From Eledone cirrhosa (lineage: Eukaryota), in contig OZ024741.1 in the NCBI GenBank assembly GCA_964016885.1, forward strand, positions 112,344,001-112,408,000: DNA of 64,000 bases, in the 5' to 3' direction. This document shows positions 26,770-42,298 of this stretch, in pieces; the stretch's first letter is position 1; every line of letters starts with the position of its first letter. The notes below the pieces were generated by a model. It was not told the origin of the DNA. It saw nothing but the letters and a program-made list of their open reading frames with translations, and searched no databases. The translations under genes and the position numbers were made by a program.

Positions 26770-28150
26770 TACAAATATGTAGTCAGCAAAACGAAGTTAG
26801 CAATCAGTATAGTAAAGAATTCAACATCGACAATGGCTCTGTACTTACCTCCTTTCTTTTTATGAAAGTCTTCCAGATCATAATAAAGCAGTCTAAGACT
26901 GCCTGCCTGTGGGAACTCCTATATGTTGATAATTTATTTTTCATAGCTGAATCTGCACAGGAACTACAGAAGAAATTCCAAATTTGGAATCAAAAGGCCT
27001 CACAGTAAAATCATAGTAAGTAGGAAAGATAACAGGGCCCTGATTCTTTCATGGAAATGGCCATGCTTAATATGGTGGAAAACGTTCAGGGAGCTACTAA
27101 TTCAACTGGTTACAAAAGATTTTAATCATGGATGAAAGATACATTGCATGATGCCTGTGTGTAATCTGCAATGCTGCATGGAAGTGAGACTTGGGCCATG
27201 AATACAGAGGATCTGTAAAGGTAAAAAAGCGAAATGAAGTGATCATGTTCTGATTGATGTATGGATGAATGACAAAGCATTAATGACTTGAGAGAAAAGC
27301 TAAGCATGAGAGGGATGAGATGCAGTGTACAAGAGAGAAGACTGTGCTAGTATGGACATGTGATGTGTATTGAGGATGACTGTTGTATAAAGAAGTACAA
27401 GGTAATCAAAGTTGAAGACAGTGGAAGAGGTTGACCTAGGAATACTTTGGATGATGTGAAGATGGACTTCACAAAGCTTAACCTAATGATGATGACACAG
27501 GATCGATATGACTAGCAATATGCCATACTATGGAAAACTCACCTTCCTACATAAGCAAGATGAAATGAGCATGGAACGACAGTAGTAAAGAAGAAGAAAG
27601 GTTTAATGACATCACCCAACTTGCAATTTGTCCTATCCCTCACAATCCACCTCCATTTAGTCTCTCTGCCTTACACACTTGATCTCCCCAACCCTGTATT
27701 TGACTCTATCTCGCATTCTTGTTTCCTCTACCTTGTGCAAAACATATCAGCATGGACAGGCACACCCAGCAATGTACTAGCAAATGTCTCTCACTCTTTT
27801 CAAGTTCACATTTACGATCCCATGTTCATTTACCCACAACCTTACCCAGTGGGATGACCCCCTCCCTCAGTAAGCAACAAGTAGCTTGCTTCCACTCCCT
27901 CACTTTGACTTTCTAGTCTGCCTGAGGATTGTTGAAACTCGATAGTGCTTGTAGTACAATAAAATGTACTCAGCCAGTTCTGAAAACTGGTAATGCTGGA
28001 GTCATAATAAAATTCATCCAAGACTCTGTAAAGTTTTAGTGCTAGTGCCATGATAAAAAGCCCCCATTCCATCCTGTCAGGAGGTACTGTTGGTGCCTCA
28101 ATAAAACAAATATGTGAAGTGATTGGTATTAAGAAGGGCCCCAGCTGTAG
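26770..28150 (+). mobile_element. Old degenerate RTE LINE with internal deletion and 3' UTR
   Basis: WELLYVDNL, GKWPC joined directly to [17 protein letters not shown]; ends near ATTAAGAAGGGCCCCAGCTGTAG. Confidence 0.8.
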
Positions 28151-29489
28151 CTAGAACATATATGTATTAAAACATTCCTGCCAACATCTTCATGTCTCGC
28201 GTGTGTGTGTGTACTGTTTGAATCTAAAACCATTTCAATTTAAACAAGCATCTAATTTAATGATGTCTTTATTTGCCACAATGCATAAGAGTTTGAAGAA
28301 TGAATATAATCAATTTCAGGAAAAAAATAACACAGAAATATTAAGAGAAACAACATGTAGAATCATAACAATCATGTTTTAATGTGAGATAAAATAACTC
28401 TCTTCATTAAGTATTATTATGTACATCTTCACTCTAGGTGTATATTCTATTATATATTTTTTTATGTCCTTAAGTTATTCAACTCTGAGTTCTTGTCAGA
28501 ACAAATTTTTGATATGTATTAAAATTTTGAAAATTACTTCTTGTTATCATATGTTTATTATAAACTATATAAAACAATACAAAAAAGCTAATAATAACCC
28601 AGACATAAATATCAAAACTCATTGATGTGATTTAGTTAATCATCAAGTTTTGTCTTGAATTTGGATAAAATATATGATAAACAAACTTAAACCCCCCCCC
28701 CCCCCCCCACACACACACTCAATCACCACCAGTGCCTTGATTCCCACAAACAACACTCCTAAAATTTAATAAAAAAAAACAAAAAAAAAAACAAATAGAA
28801 AATATACTTGAAATACACAAAATACTTTCTTAGAATTAAAAATGTTATTTACTTCAATAAATTGAGAATATAATGGAAATAAAATTTCAATGTTTATTTG
28901 TGATAGAGCTATTATATTCTTACAGGCTTAACAAGTGAGCTTATACACATTGTTTATTTGTCTAGTAAATAGCTTCTATTAAATGTTTATATTAAATTAA
29001 ATTGGCAACATTATCATCATCATCAGCATTATGATTATCACCATAATATTCATTGGCATCATCTTCATAATTATTATTTTTACTTTAACGTTTGTTTATT
29101 CCATGACAACTAAAATGTTATTTGCACGAATCCACTCATTTTGTGTCTGTTATCATTTCCATACTAGTGCATTATATTTTAGGTATATGTATTTATCCCA
29201 CCCACCAACATGTCCTTTCTTAGATATATGTATCCAATTTAGTATAGGTGTACCATACCCTGTGTATCAGAAGAGACAACTAAAACGACTGATAAAAGAA
29301 GGGCATCCAACAAGGCTAACCTCTGTTTTAATAGGGAGAATGGACTTAAAATGCTTGTTGTTGATCTATATGTTCTTCATTTTCCTCTACATCTATATCT
29401 TTGAACACCAGTTCATGTCTCATCTGTGTTGTGCATAAATATTTAATTATACTACTGATGAATGTAAATTATGTAAATTATACTAACTA

Positions 29490-30480
29490 TTCCAGGTAAT
29501 CCTAGATTGTGTCACTGATGTAATGACTGAGCCATCTGTCCAACATATTGCAAACCACACCTACCAAACTGAATGACATATATAAGATATTGAGACTTGT
29601 AGTCAAGCCTTAAACCACCATCCACTACGAAACCCTTGCCTGTAACATAACTTCTAAACATCCTTTCACACAGAAGCATGTCACAACATTTACACCCCAT
29701 AGAACCACATCTTTTCACCAAACTGTTACAATTTAATTTGCTTTCATAAGCATTATTATTTCTAATAAACCAAATTGCAAGCCAAAATTTATGTTTAGTT
29801 GCTATCTTTGGTACACAACATACCTAAACCAATGAGCTCAAATTGGAGAAAAGCAACTAGCTGCCAGGGACCATTTAATGAGGGGCTGCCCTATCTCATT
29901 TGAGCATCACCTGGTGTAGAACCAGTGTAAATGAGGCCTCTCAAATTCATACACAAAGCATGAGGTTCAGTTTACAGCTATTCTGAACCTTATAACCAGG
30001 TCAAAGCATGCATCCACACTGCTTATACAGGATACAGGTACCACCCTTGAAAACTCACCTAATAACCTAATGTCATACTAGCCAGGCTGTTGCTAGACAA
30101 CTGAGTTTAAGCAGATTGACGTGGTGCACCAAAACCACAAACTACTTCTGGTTCAAACCAAAAAAGGAAAAAACCTGACAGCAGACATTGACAAATGACT
30201 CGTACAATACCTCCAACTTTAATTTAGCAATTAACACTCATGTCATGCTCGAAAGTATAAGTAAAATTCTCAACTACAGGAATCTGAGTCAGGTAACCAA
30301 GATAGGCCATGGCCCTGACTCGAACAAAACAGACAAACCAGTACCCACCAAGACCACAATTTAAAACAACAGTAGACTCCCTTTAGAGATCTTATTAATG
30401 CCAGGAACCTGTCAATGGGAACTCAGTGCACATAGTATCATATATATACATATAAATAAGACTGTTTCTACTTCAATCAG
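29490..30480 (-). mobile_element. Penelope-like element relic (RT traces plus GIY-YIG endonuclease)
   Basis: ORF 29512-29721 CGSMGCKCC...YKSQYLIYVIQFGRCGLQYVGQ fits the PLE Cys linker and GIY-YIG pattern; traces of a G.PIG...YLY.FEH RT motif near 30250-30310. Confidence 0.65.
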
Positions 30481-31299
30481 CCCACAAACACTCAGCAAAC
30501 ACCCTAAAACAAAAACAGGTTAGACTCTTGATAACTCTTTCTAAACCAAACCATAACACACCCTCCAAATTCAAATTCAGCAAGCCAAATGCAGACTAAT
30601 CACCTTCCCAAATTCAGCATAACAAATCAGACAGCAACAGATGGGGAAGACAGACGTTATCAAGCTGCAGCTCTTGTATTACATAGTTTCTATATAATAA
30701 ACCTATTATGTTTTTGATACCATTATATAATAGGCCGTGTTCCATCTTCTCCCATCACCTCTCAACTTTCAGCCCTCAAACTATCCACCTAAATGATGTG
30801 ATGCAGTGCATTGGGAAGTCTAGTTCGTACAACACAATATAAAAAACCAAAAAGAATACCAAAGCTATTAATGAAATAAACGAACACAAGATAAGAATCA
30901 CAAAATATGATATCAAAAGGCAATGCAAAAGACATAAACCTCAATGTCATTATTTACATATACATATATATAAATATACACACATGAATGCAAAACATAA
31001 TTAAGATTAAATTAAATATACACAAACCTAAACATACAAATTTGAAAAGTTGTTTAACAAAATCCAATTACATCATTGAAGAGTCATTTTAATTTTTAAA
31101 AAAGTAATGATAAATAAACAAAACAAAACAACAAAAAAATACTGTTAAATTCAATTTATATTTATCATTTATTTCTTGGTGTCAACTTTTTCATTACAGT
31201 GTTTGTGACCTGGTCACTCACTCAGTTCCACTTTAGTTTCAATACACAGTCTCAGATCAAGTCACTTGCCAGATGAGTACAATTCTGATATATATATAT

Positions 31300-31810
31300 A
31301 TGGTGGCTGTATTGCAATCGCTTGTTAGATTACAGAAAATGGTGCACCTTTAGGCTACAGCCAGCCACACGAACCTGTAATAGATCCTGAACAAGCAATG
31401 CCTGTGCTTTGAAGGTTTTTTTAAGTGGGGAAAGGCCTTGCACTCGATCAATCCCACTCTCTGAGTATCGAAAACACTACCCGAAAAAGAGAACTTGTCA
31501 ACATCATCGGAAGCTTCCGATGCAACAGGTTTCTTTTTTTCAGAGTTTCCCTCTCCTAGAATGGTGTTGTGACAACAACTAAGGGCTTTTTACTCCCAGG
31601 TGAAAAAAAAAACGTACTATTTGGATGGCTGTTGACACCGTCAGGTTCCTCCGCCCTTTGTCGGGTCTTGTATTTCATCCCACAGGGTGTCCAAATATCA
31701 CCCTCCTCACCAAGCAAGCTTGGAGGGGTTGCCAATTTAGTCGCCGATAAACCCGACCATGAGACAGGTTCTACTGGGTTACATGTTACCAGTAGCACTT
31801 GAGAGCGATC
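31300..31810 (-). mobile_element. Non-autonomous bipartite RTE-derived element
   Basis: CTAGGAGAGGGAAACTCTG RTE 5'-UTR-like motif; ends CAGCCACCA-(TA)n like the element at 38110-38508. Confidence 0.5.
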
Positions 31811-32213
31811 TAACACACGCACACACACATATATATATATACATACATATATTATATTATATTATATCAATTAATTGCTTCTTTTATTCTGAGCTGTAGC
31901 TACTAAGTGGAATGTTATTTTATAGCTTGTGAATTCACATACTTCTGTAGTGTCTCCTGCAGTGTAGTTTTTCCTACCCTACAGTCAGTTAGTCACACTG
32001 GCACCAGATATATTGATGCTGCTTTTATCATTATTTTATTGGAATATCTGATGGTGATGATCTGAACATTTGATGGATTCAGCTTCTCTTTGTTTGAGCA
32101 ACATAAACTTTCCATAACAATGTGCTTAGGTCAATACTTATTAATTTACATACCATACATAAACATAGAAGACACAAATATTATTGGTGAATGTTTCAAG
32201 AAACATAAATCTA

Positions 32214-32426
32214 TTAACCTTTTGATATCAAACTGCCTGAAACTGTTCCTGGTTCTACAATACAAAACTGTTTATTTTAAAGTGTTTATATTTATCAAAA
32301 AACCTTTGATCATGAGAGTTTTGGTGAATCCATGCTCTAAACCCCAGCTTAATAGCAAGAAAGTTAGTTATATTACTAAATCTCTCCACTTTGTTGATTA
32401 TTTTCAACATTATTTGAAAGGGTTAA
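32214..32426. mobile_element. piggyBac-type MITE
   Basis: TTAACCTTTTGATATC...GAAAGGGTTAA; related copies at 53455, 60660 and 63462. Confidence 0.7.
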
Positions 32427-32807
32427 CACAGTATAAAGAATGTCAAAGTGTAGCCAAAATATCTACTGGAAATAATTACATGGCATTCAATTTATGCTCA
32501 GTGTCTGAAATCCAATAGTTTTTTTTCTTCCCTTTGGCTAATCATATAGGCTTCTCCTTATAATAAGTACATTCTAGTAAATCTCACAAGGACAAAGTAG
32601 TTAACAGCAAATATAGAACATTAGGATTTAAGACTGCCAAATAATGAGAAAGAGCTGGCTTTTCCATGTAAAAATTTAGTTTACTTGCAGAAATATTTTT
32701 TTCTTGAAATTTGTTATATTATTATGTTATATGAAAGAGACAAAAAGTCTGTATGCCAATTGAATGATATGAATGTTGAATGTGTGTGTGTGTAGGTACA
32801 TGAGTGC

Positions 32808-32866
<59 letters not shown>

Positions 32867-32912
32867 TATATATGTATATATATATATATGTATATATATA
32901 TACATATATATG

Positions 32913-32982
<70 letters not shown>

Positions 32983-33142
32983 TACATATATATGTATATA
33001 TATATATATGTATATATGTATATGTATATATATGTATATATATATATGTATATATATATGTATATGTATATATATATATGTATATATATATGTATATATA
33101 TATGTATATATATATGTATATATATATGTATATATATGTATA

Positions 33143-33221
<79 letters not shown>
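32808..33221. repeat. Long interrupted (TA)n array
   Basis: About 410 bp of TA with TG and CA interruptions. Confidence 0.95.
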
Positions 33222-33225
<4 letters not shown>

Positions 33226-33920
33226 GGAATAGAATGAAACGAAATTTCATTTCTCACTCTTAGTACGGCAATTACTTAAATGTAAGTATTATGTATGTAT
33301 ACGTACATACATATATGTATACAGACGTACAGTAGTATGCACGTATCGGTTTACCAAACATTTATTATAATGCTCGGTTTGTTTGTTTGTTTGTAAATCG
33401 GGCTGTTTGTTTGTAAACAAACAAACAGCCCGATTTACACCGTACAGTGTTTAGGCAACCACGTCAGCTTTTTGTTCAACACTAAGTGCCATACTAAGAG
33501 TGAGAAATGAAATTTCGTTTCATTCTATTCCATTTATCGTTTTAGGTGCGCCCAGCCGACTGATCTCACTCGATATGCAAATTAGGCTGCTCAGCCGTTA
33601 ATATGCATAAGGAAAGTATATATTTTCAGACATTCAACCATCTGGCAGGAAGGTATACGATGCTGATGATAGCTAATAAGCTTGAAATTAGTACATCGTT
33701 CCTGTGTCAGTGTTGAACAAAAAGGTGACGTGGTTGCCTAAACACTGTACGGCGTAATTCGGGCTGTTTGTTTGTTTAAAAACAAAGCGAGCATTATAAT
33801 AAATGTTCGGTAAACCGATACGTGCATATATATATATGTGTGCATGTATGTATATATATACATACTACTGTACGTCTGTATACATATATGTATGTACGTA
33901 TACATACATACATACTTATA
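33220..33920. mobile_element. Hammerhead-containing mini-element with inverted terminal segment (PLE-derived or retrozyme-like)
   Basis: 33220-33272 is the reverse complement of 33483-33535; 33273-33482 is the reverse complement of ~33709-33920; hammerhead at 33657-33699. Confidence 0.7.
33646..33705 (+). ncRNA. Type I minimal hammerhead ribozyme motif
   Basis: Stem I ACGATG/CATCGT (extendable CAGGA/TCCTG), CTGATGA, stem II AGCT-AATA-AGCT with a U.U closing mismatch, GAAA, short TTAG, GUA triplet. Confidence 0.65.
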
Positions 33921-34055
33921 TATATATATATATATATACAATAAAATTTGCTGAGAGCAGCAGTCATGGGTTTTTTTTATTCTACTATGTAGATGTGTAT
34001 AAAATATGCATATGTTTGTGTGCATTTGCTCTGTGTAATCATGCACGCACATATA

Positions 34056-34578
34056 TCTTTATATATAAAACTGAGGATGTCTGTCTATGTGTGTATGTGT
34101 GTGTCTGTGAGTTTGAATCCCTAAAACTCGAGAAGTACCCAACCGATTTTTTTCAAACGTTACATGTGTATAACTTGTTTCAGGGAGTGTTATGCACAGA
34201 CAATTCAGAAAATTTAACTTTTTGATTGCCTAGGACCTGCATTAGGTGAAAAACTGCATGTTTTCAACATTTTAGGGTTTTTATTAGGTGTTACGTCAGA
34301 CCGATTTCCTTTAAATTGTAACTATGTATTAGTCAGTCTCTTCTTCATACTGTGAGCAAAGAAAATCCCACTCATTCATGGCCTAGGGCCCGCATTAAAT
34401 GAAAACGTGCATTTTTCCTTCTTCATTGAGGAAAATCTGAAAGATTATCCAGCCATCAGAGTATTCAGTTTATTTTCTTTACATATTGTCGAGGCATGCA
34501 GTTTTTCCAGGAATAAGTCTGTTGGCGGTCCGCGATCCAAAATACCTTAACCCGTGCAACACCGTGTACCACTGCTAG
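34056..34578 (+). mobile_element. Non-autonomous Helitron
   Basis: Starts A|TC (TCTTTATATATAAAA), has a TG microsatellite near the 5' end and a ~156-bp internal repeat, subterminal CCCGTGCAACACCGTG hairpin remnant, ends CTAG|T. Confidence 0.75.
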
Positions 34579-34690
34579 TATATATACATATATATATATA
34601 TATATGTATGTATATATATATATATGTATGTATATATATATATGTATGTGTATACATATATATATATGTGTATATATATATGTATATATA

Positions 34691-34777
<87 letters not shown>

Positions 34778-34842
34778 ATATATATATGTATGTGTATATA
34801 TATATATGTGTATATATATATATGTTTGTGTATATATATATA

Positions 34843-34873
<31 letters not shown>

Positions 34874-34896
34874 GTATGTGTATATATATGTATGTG

Positions 34897-36241
34897 TCAT
34901 CATCATCATCATCATCAACGTTTAACGTCCGTGTTCCACGCTTGCATGGGTTTGGACGGGGGTAGTCCCACTTGAGGCAAGAGTGATTGTCTTGCTCGCA
35001 TAGGACTGTCTGGCAGGTTTTCTACAGTTGGATGCCCTTCCTAACACCAACCACATTTACAGTGTGGGTCTGGGAGGTTTTTACCGTGTTGCCTACACGG
35101 CCACATTACAGCGTGGACTGTGTGTTTTTTTGTCGTGACACCTACACGATCTCATTTGTTTCGGCCTCGATGGCGCGGCACCAGCATAACTTTACATAGA
35201 ACGGGGTGGTGTGGATCGGGTGGGGGTGGTGGTGGTGGGACGGGGTGTATTTTGTTAGAGATGCCTACTGGCTGGAGTAGGTTTTACTATATATTTAGGT
35301 AAGGCGGGTCTTCTCTGTTACTGAGTACCGCCAAAGGTCTCGGTCCAGTGACATTGTCTTGGAGAGGTGTAAGTGTGTGATGTCGGAGTTTATCAGCTCG
35401 TCCCAGGTTTTTCTAGGTCTGCCTATTCCGTGACTACCGTCTATCTTTATTGCCCTGCACTTTGTTATACAGCTATCGACTTTCATGCGCATCACGTGTC
35501 CATACCAACGTAGCCTTCTCTCAAACAACATCTGATCCCTCTTATCTCTAATTTTTTCCTTAGTTCGTTTATGCTTTGCCGTTCACGTATATTACTGTTA
35601 CACATCCAGCGGAGCATGCAAGCTTCGTTCCTCTCTAGTCTGCGTATATCCTCTGCACACAATGCCCAGGTCTCACTGCCATGCAGCATTGCTGTTCGTA
35701 TGCAGGCATCGTACAACCTGCCTTTCATTTTTAGTGAGAACCCTTTAGCAGCTAATAGTGGTATAAGCTCTCTGAACTTTTTCCAACCAGTTCTGACTCT
35801 AGCTACAGTACTTTCAGAGCACCCTCCCCCACTGCTGATTTTATCGCCCAGGTAACGGAAGCTGTCCACTATTTCTATAGAACCCTCTGCGCAATTGAAA
35901 GAGCTAGTAGTTTGTGGGCACTTGCTGCTACTTATTGCACCAGAGCACCGGCCACATGTAAAATCTATGTTCTTAGTTAGCTTACCTGTGATCCCACTAC
36001 ATCTTTTATGCACCCATACTTTGCATTTAGGACATAAAATGGAGTTTCTACCTACGCCTTTCCTACACACCGAGCACGACCATTTCCCAGAAGGGACCGC
36101 CGCCTTGTTTTCTTTCCTACAAACTAGTACTTTGGTCTTAGCCAGGTTAATTTTAAGTCCTTTTGACTCTAGGCCGTGCTTCCACGTTTGGAATTTCTTC
36201 TCTAGCTCGGCCATTGATTCCGCTATGAGTGTCAGGTCGTC
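34897..36241 (-). mobile_element. 5'-truncated RTE LINE (family B)
   Basis: 240-aa frame from DDL..IAES through the PHD-like finger, FRYLG and LHGSETWA, then RLRWYGHV; ~400-bp UTR and (GAT)n tail; truncated at the DD of YADD against a TG/TA repeat. Confidence 0.95.
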
Positions 36242-36262
36242 GTGTGTATATATATATATGTA

Positions 36263-38013
<1,751 letters not shown>

Positions 38014-38076
38014 TTATATGTGTGTACATATATATATGTGTGTACATATATATATATATGTATGTGTATATATATA

Positions 38077-38108
<32 letters not shown>

Positions 38109-38109
38109 C

Positions 38110-38508
38110 ATCTCCGGGAGAGATGACCCCTTAGTCAAGGCAGAATTCTAGGAGAAGGAAAACTCTGATATAACACCTGCAACCCTGATGATATCCAATG
38201 ATGTTGACTTGTTCTTCTTTTTGGTAAATATCATCTTGGTTAAGAGAGTGGGACTGGCTTTGCTCACTATAAAAGCTTCACGGCACAGGCATTGCTTTAT
38301 ATCTGGAGATCTCTCTGCACTTGTCGTCACATGGTACCATGGGCTCAGCACTATGTGTCAATAATTGTCACAAGTGTAGTGTTTGTACCAGAGTTTTCAA
38401 GTTTTCTGGCTGGACTAAAAAGTCACACTCGTTCAGCGCACCGGTAGGGGTTCTCCTACATGGATATAAGGTAGTGGCCGTACTCGAAAACGAGTTGGCA
38501 GCCACCAT
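38110..38508 (+). mobile_element. Bipartite RTE-derived element
   Basis: CTAGGAGAAGGAAAACTCTG 5'-UTR motif joined to a C2H2-like C-terminal remnant ([22 protein letters not shown]); ends CAGCCACCA(TA)n. Confidence 0.6.
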
Positions 38509-39013
38509 ATATATATATATATATGTATGTATGTGTATATATATATATATATGTATGTGTGTATATATATAAGTATGTATGTGTGTGTATATATCTATGT
38601 GTATATATGTATGTATGTATATATATATATGTATGTATATATATATATATATCATCATCACCGTTTTACGTCCGTTCTTCCACGCTATATATATATGTGT
38701 ATATATATATATATGTATGTATGTGTATATATATATATATATGTATGTATGTGTATGTATGGGTATATATATATATATATGTATGTATGTATATATATAT
38801 ATGTATGTGTATGTATGTATGTATGTATGTATATATATATATATATATGTATGTGTATGTATGTATGTGTATATGTATGTATGTGTATGTATGTATGTAT
38901 ATATATATGTATGTGGATGTATGTATGTGTATATATATATATGTATGTGTATATATGTGTATATATATGTATGTGTGTATATATATATATGTGTGTATAT
39001 ATATATATGTATG

Positions 39014-39050
<37 letters not shown>

Positions 39051-39067
39051 ATGTATGTATATATATG

Positions 39068-39099
<32 letters not shown>

Positions 39100-39140
39100 T
39101 GTATGTATATATATATATATATATGTATGTGTATGTATAT

Positions 39141-39172
<32 letters not shown>

Positions 39173-39179
39173 TTGTATA

Positions 39180-40001
39180 TCATCATCATCATCATTTAAC
39201 GTCCATCTTCCACGCTTGCATGGAGGCAAGAGTTGTTGTCTTGCTCGCATAGGACTGTCTGGCGGGTTTTCTACGGCTGGATGCCCTTCCTAACACCAAC
39301 CACATTTACAGTGTGGACTGGAAGGTTTTTACCGTGTTACCTACATGGCCATATTACAGCGTGGACTGTGTGTTTTTTTGTCGTGACACCTACACGACCT
39401 CATTTATTTCGGACTGGATGTTGTGGTACCAACATAACTTTACATTGAAAGGGGTGGTATGGATGGGGTTGGGGTAGTGGGATGGGGGTGTATTTTTGTT
39501 AGAGGTGCCTACTGACTGTAGTAGGTTTCACTTTGCACTTAGGTAAGGCGGGTCTTCTATATTACTGTGTAGCGCCAAAGATCTCGGTCCAGTGACATCG
39601 TCTTGGAGAGGTGTAAGTGTGTGAGGTCGGAATTTATCAAGTCGTCCCAGGTTTTTCTGGGTCTGCCTACTCCGTGGCTACCGTCTATTTTTATTGCCCT
39701 GCACTTTTTTATACAGCTGTCGTCTTTCATGCGCATCACGTGTCCATACCAACGTAGTCTTCTCTCGAGTAAACAACATCTAATCCCTCTTATTTCTAAT
39801 TTTTCCCTTAGTTCGTTTATGCTTTGCCGTTCACGTATATTACTATTACACATCTAGCGGAGCATGCAAGCTTCGTTCCTCTCTAGTCTGCGTATATCGT
39901 CTGCACACAATGCCCAGGTCTCACTGCCATGTAACATTGCTGTTCGTATGCAGGCATCATACAGCCTGCCTTTCATTTTTAGAGAGAACCCTTTAGCGGC
40001 T
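39180..40001 (-). mobile_element. 5'-truncated RTE LINE (family B)
   Basis: [14 protein letters not shown] to RLRWYGHV to UTR to (GAT)n; highly similar to 34897-35752. Confidence 0.95.
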
Positions 40002-40016
40002 GAACTATGTATGCAT

Positions 40017-40057
<41 letters not shown>

Positions 40058-40390
40058 TATATGTATGTATATATATATATATATATATGTATGTATATAT
40101 ATATATATATATGTATGTGTATATATATATGTATATGTATGTATATATATATATGTATATATATATATGTATGTGTATATATATATATATATGTATGTGT
40201 ATATATATATGTATGTATGTGTATATATATATATATGTATGTATGTGTATATATATATACATGTATATATGTGTGTATATATATATATATATACATGTAT
40301 GTGTATATATATATATGTATGTATGTGTATATATATATATACATGTATGTATGTGTATATATATATGTATGTATGTGTGTATATATATAT

Positions 40391-40650
40391 ATCATCATCA
40401 TCATCATTTTACGTCCGCTTTTCCCTGTTTGCAAGTTGGGATGGGAACTGATTCTGGCTTGATTTCTACAGCTGGATGCCCTTCCTAACACCAACCTCAT
40501 TTACAGTGAGTGCTGGGTGCTTTTTTGCCGTGACACCTCCACGACCACTTTGCAGTGGAATGATAGGGATCCAGGCCCTATCATCTCATTTCTACAGCTG
40601 AGTAAACTGGAGCAATGTGAAATAAAGTGTCTTGCTCAAGGAAACAACAC
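40391..40650 (-). mobile_element. CORE-type SINE with RTE-derived tail
   Basis: Same structure as 11557-11870, with one fewer ~40-bp internal repeat. Confidence 0.8.
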
Positions 40651-40858
40651 ATCACATATGTATGTGTATATGTATGTATGTATATATATGTATGTATGCA
40701 TATATATGTATGTATGTAGTGTATGTATGTATATGTACGTATATTTATGTATGTATGTGTATGTATGTATATATATATGTATGTATATGTATGTATATGT
40801 ATGTATGTATGTATATATATATATATATGTATGTAAGTATGTATATATATATATATAT

Positions 40859-41728
<870 letters not shown>

Positions 41729-41744
41729 GACGAAAGTCGATCGA

Positions 41745-41787
<43 letters not shown>

Positions 41788-42298
41788 GTTTTTGGGATTC
41801 GCATTGAAAATTAAGACTCAAACCTACATTAGGTATCACCTGATACCACTCCAACTCTTCCATCCTATATATCTATATGTATAACCTTGTATTCTCCAAC
41901 CGTGCTATCTATTGTTCATTTACTGCACCTTGATCTGTATTTTATTTCTTCTGTATTTTGATTTCTTCGATATGTTTTTATACACTTCGATTTTACTCCC
42001 TCAATTACCACCCTAGGTATGACTGCACTTTATTTATGCATTTTACTTATGTTTTTATTTATGTTTTTATTTATTCACTTTACTCTCCTTATATACTTAT
42101 CCTTGTTCTCATCTGTTACCTAAAATTAGCACACAAACCTAGAATATTACTCTCTGTACCGTTATATCTGTTTATCTTTAATCACTCCCCCTACCCACTC
42201 AAGAATCACACTACATATAACCCGGACTAACTGGGGACTAAATATAATCTATTTACGCATTTCATCAGATTTTGCTACTTTTAAACTTCACATCACGG

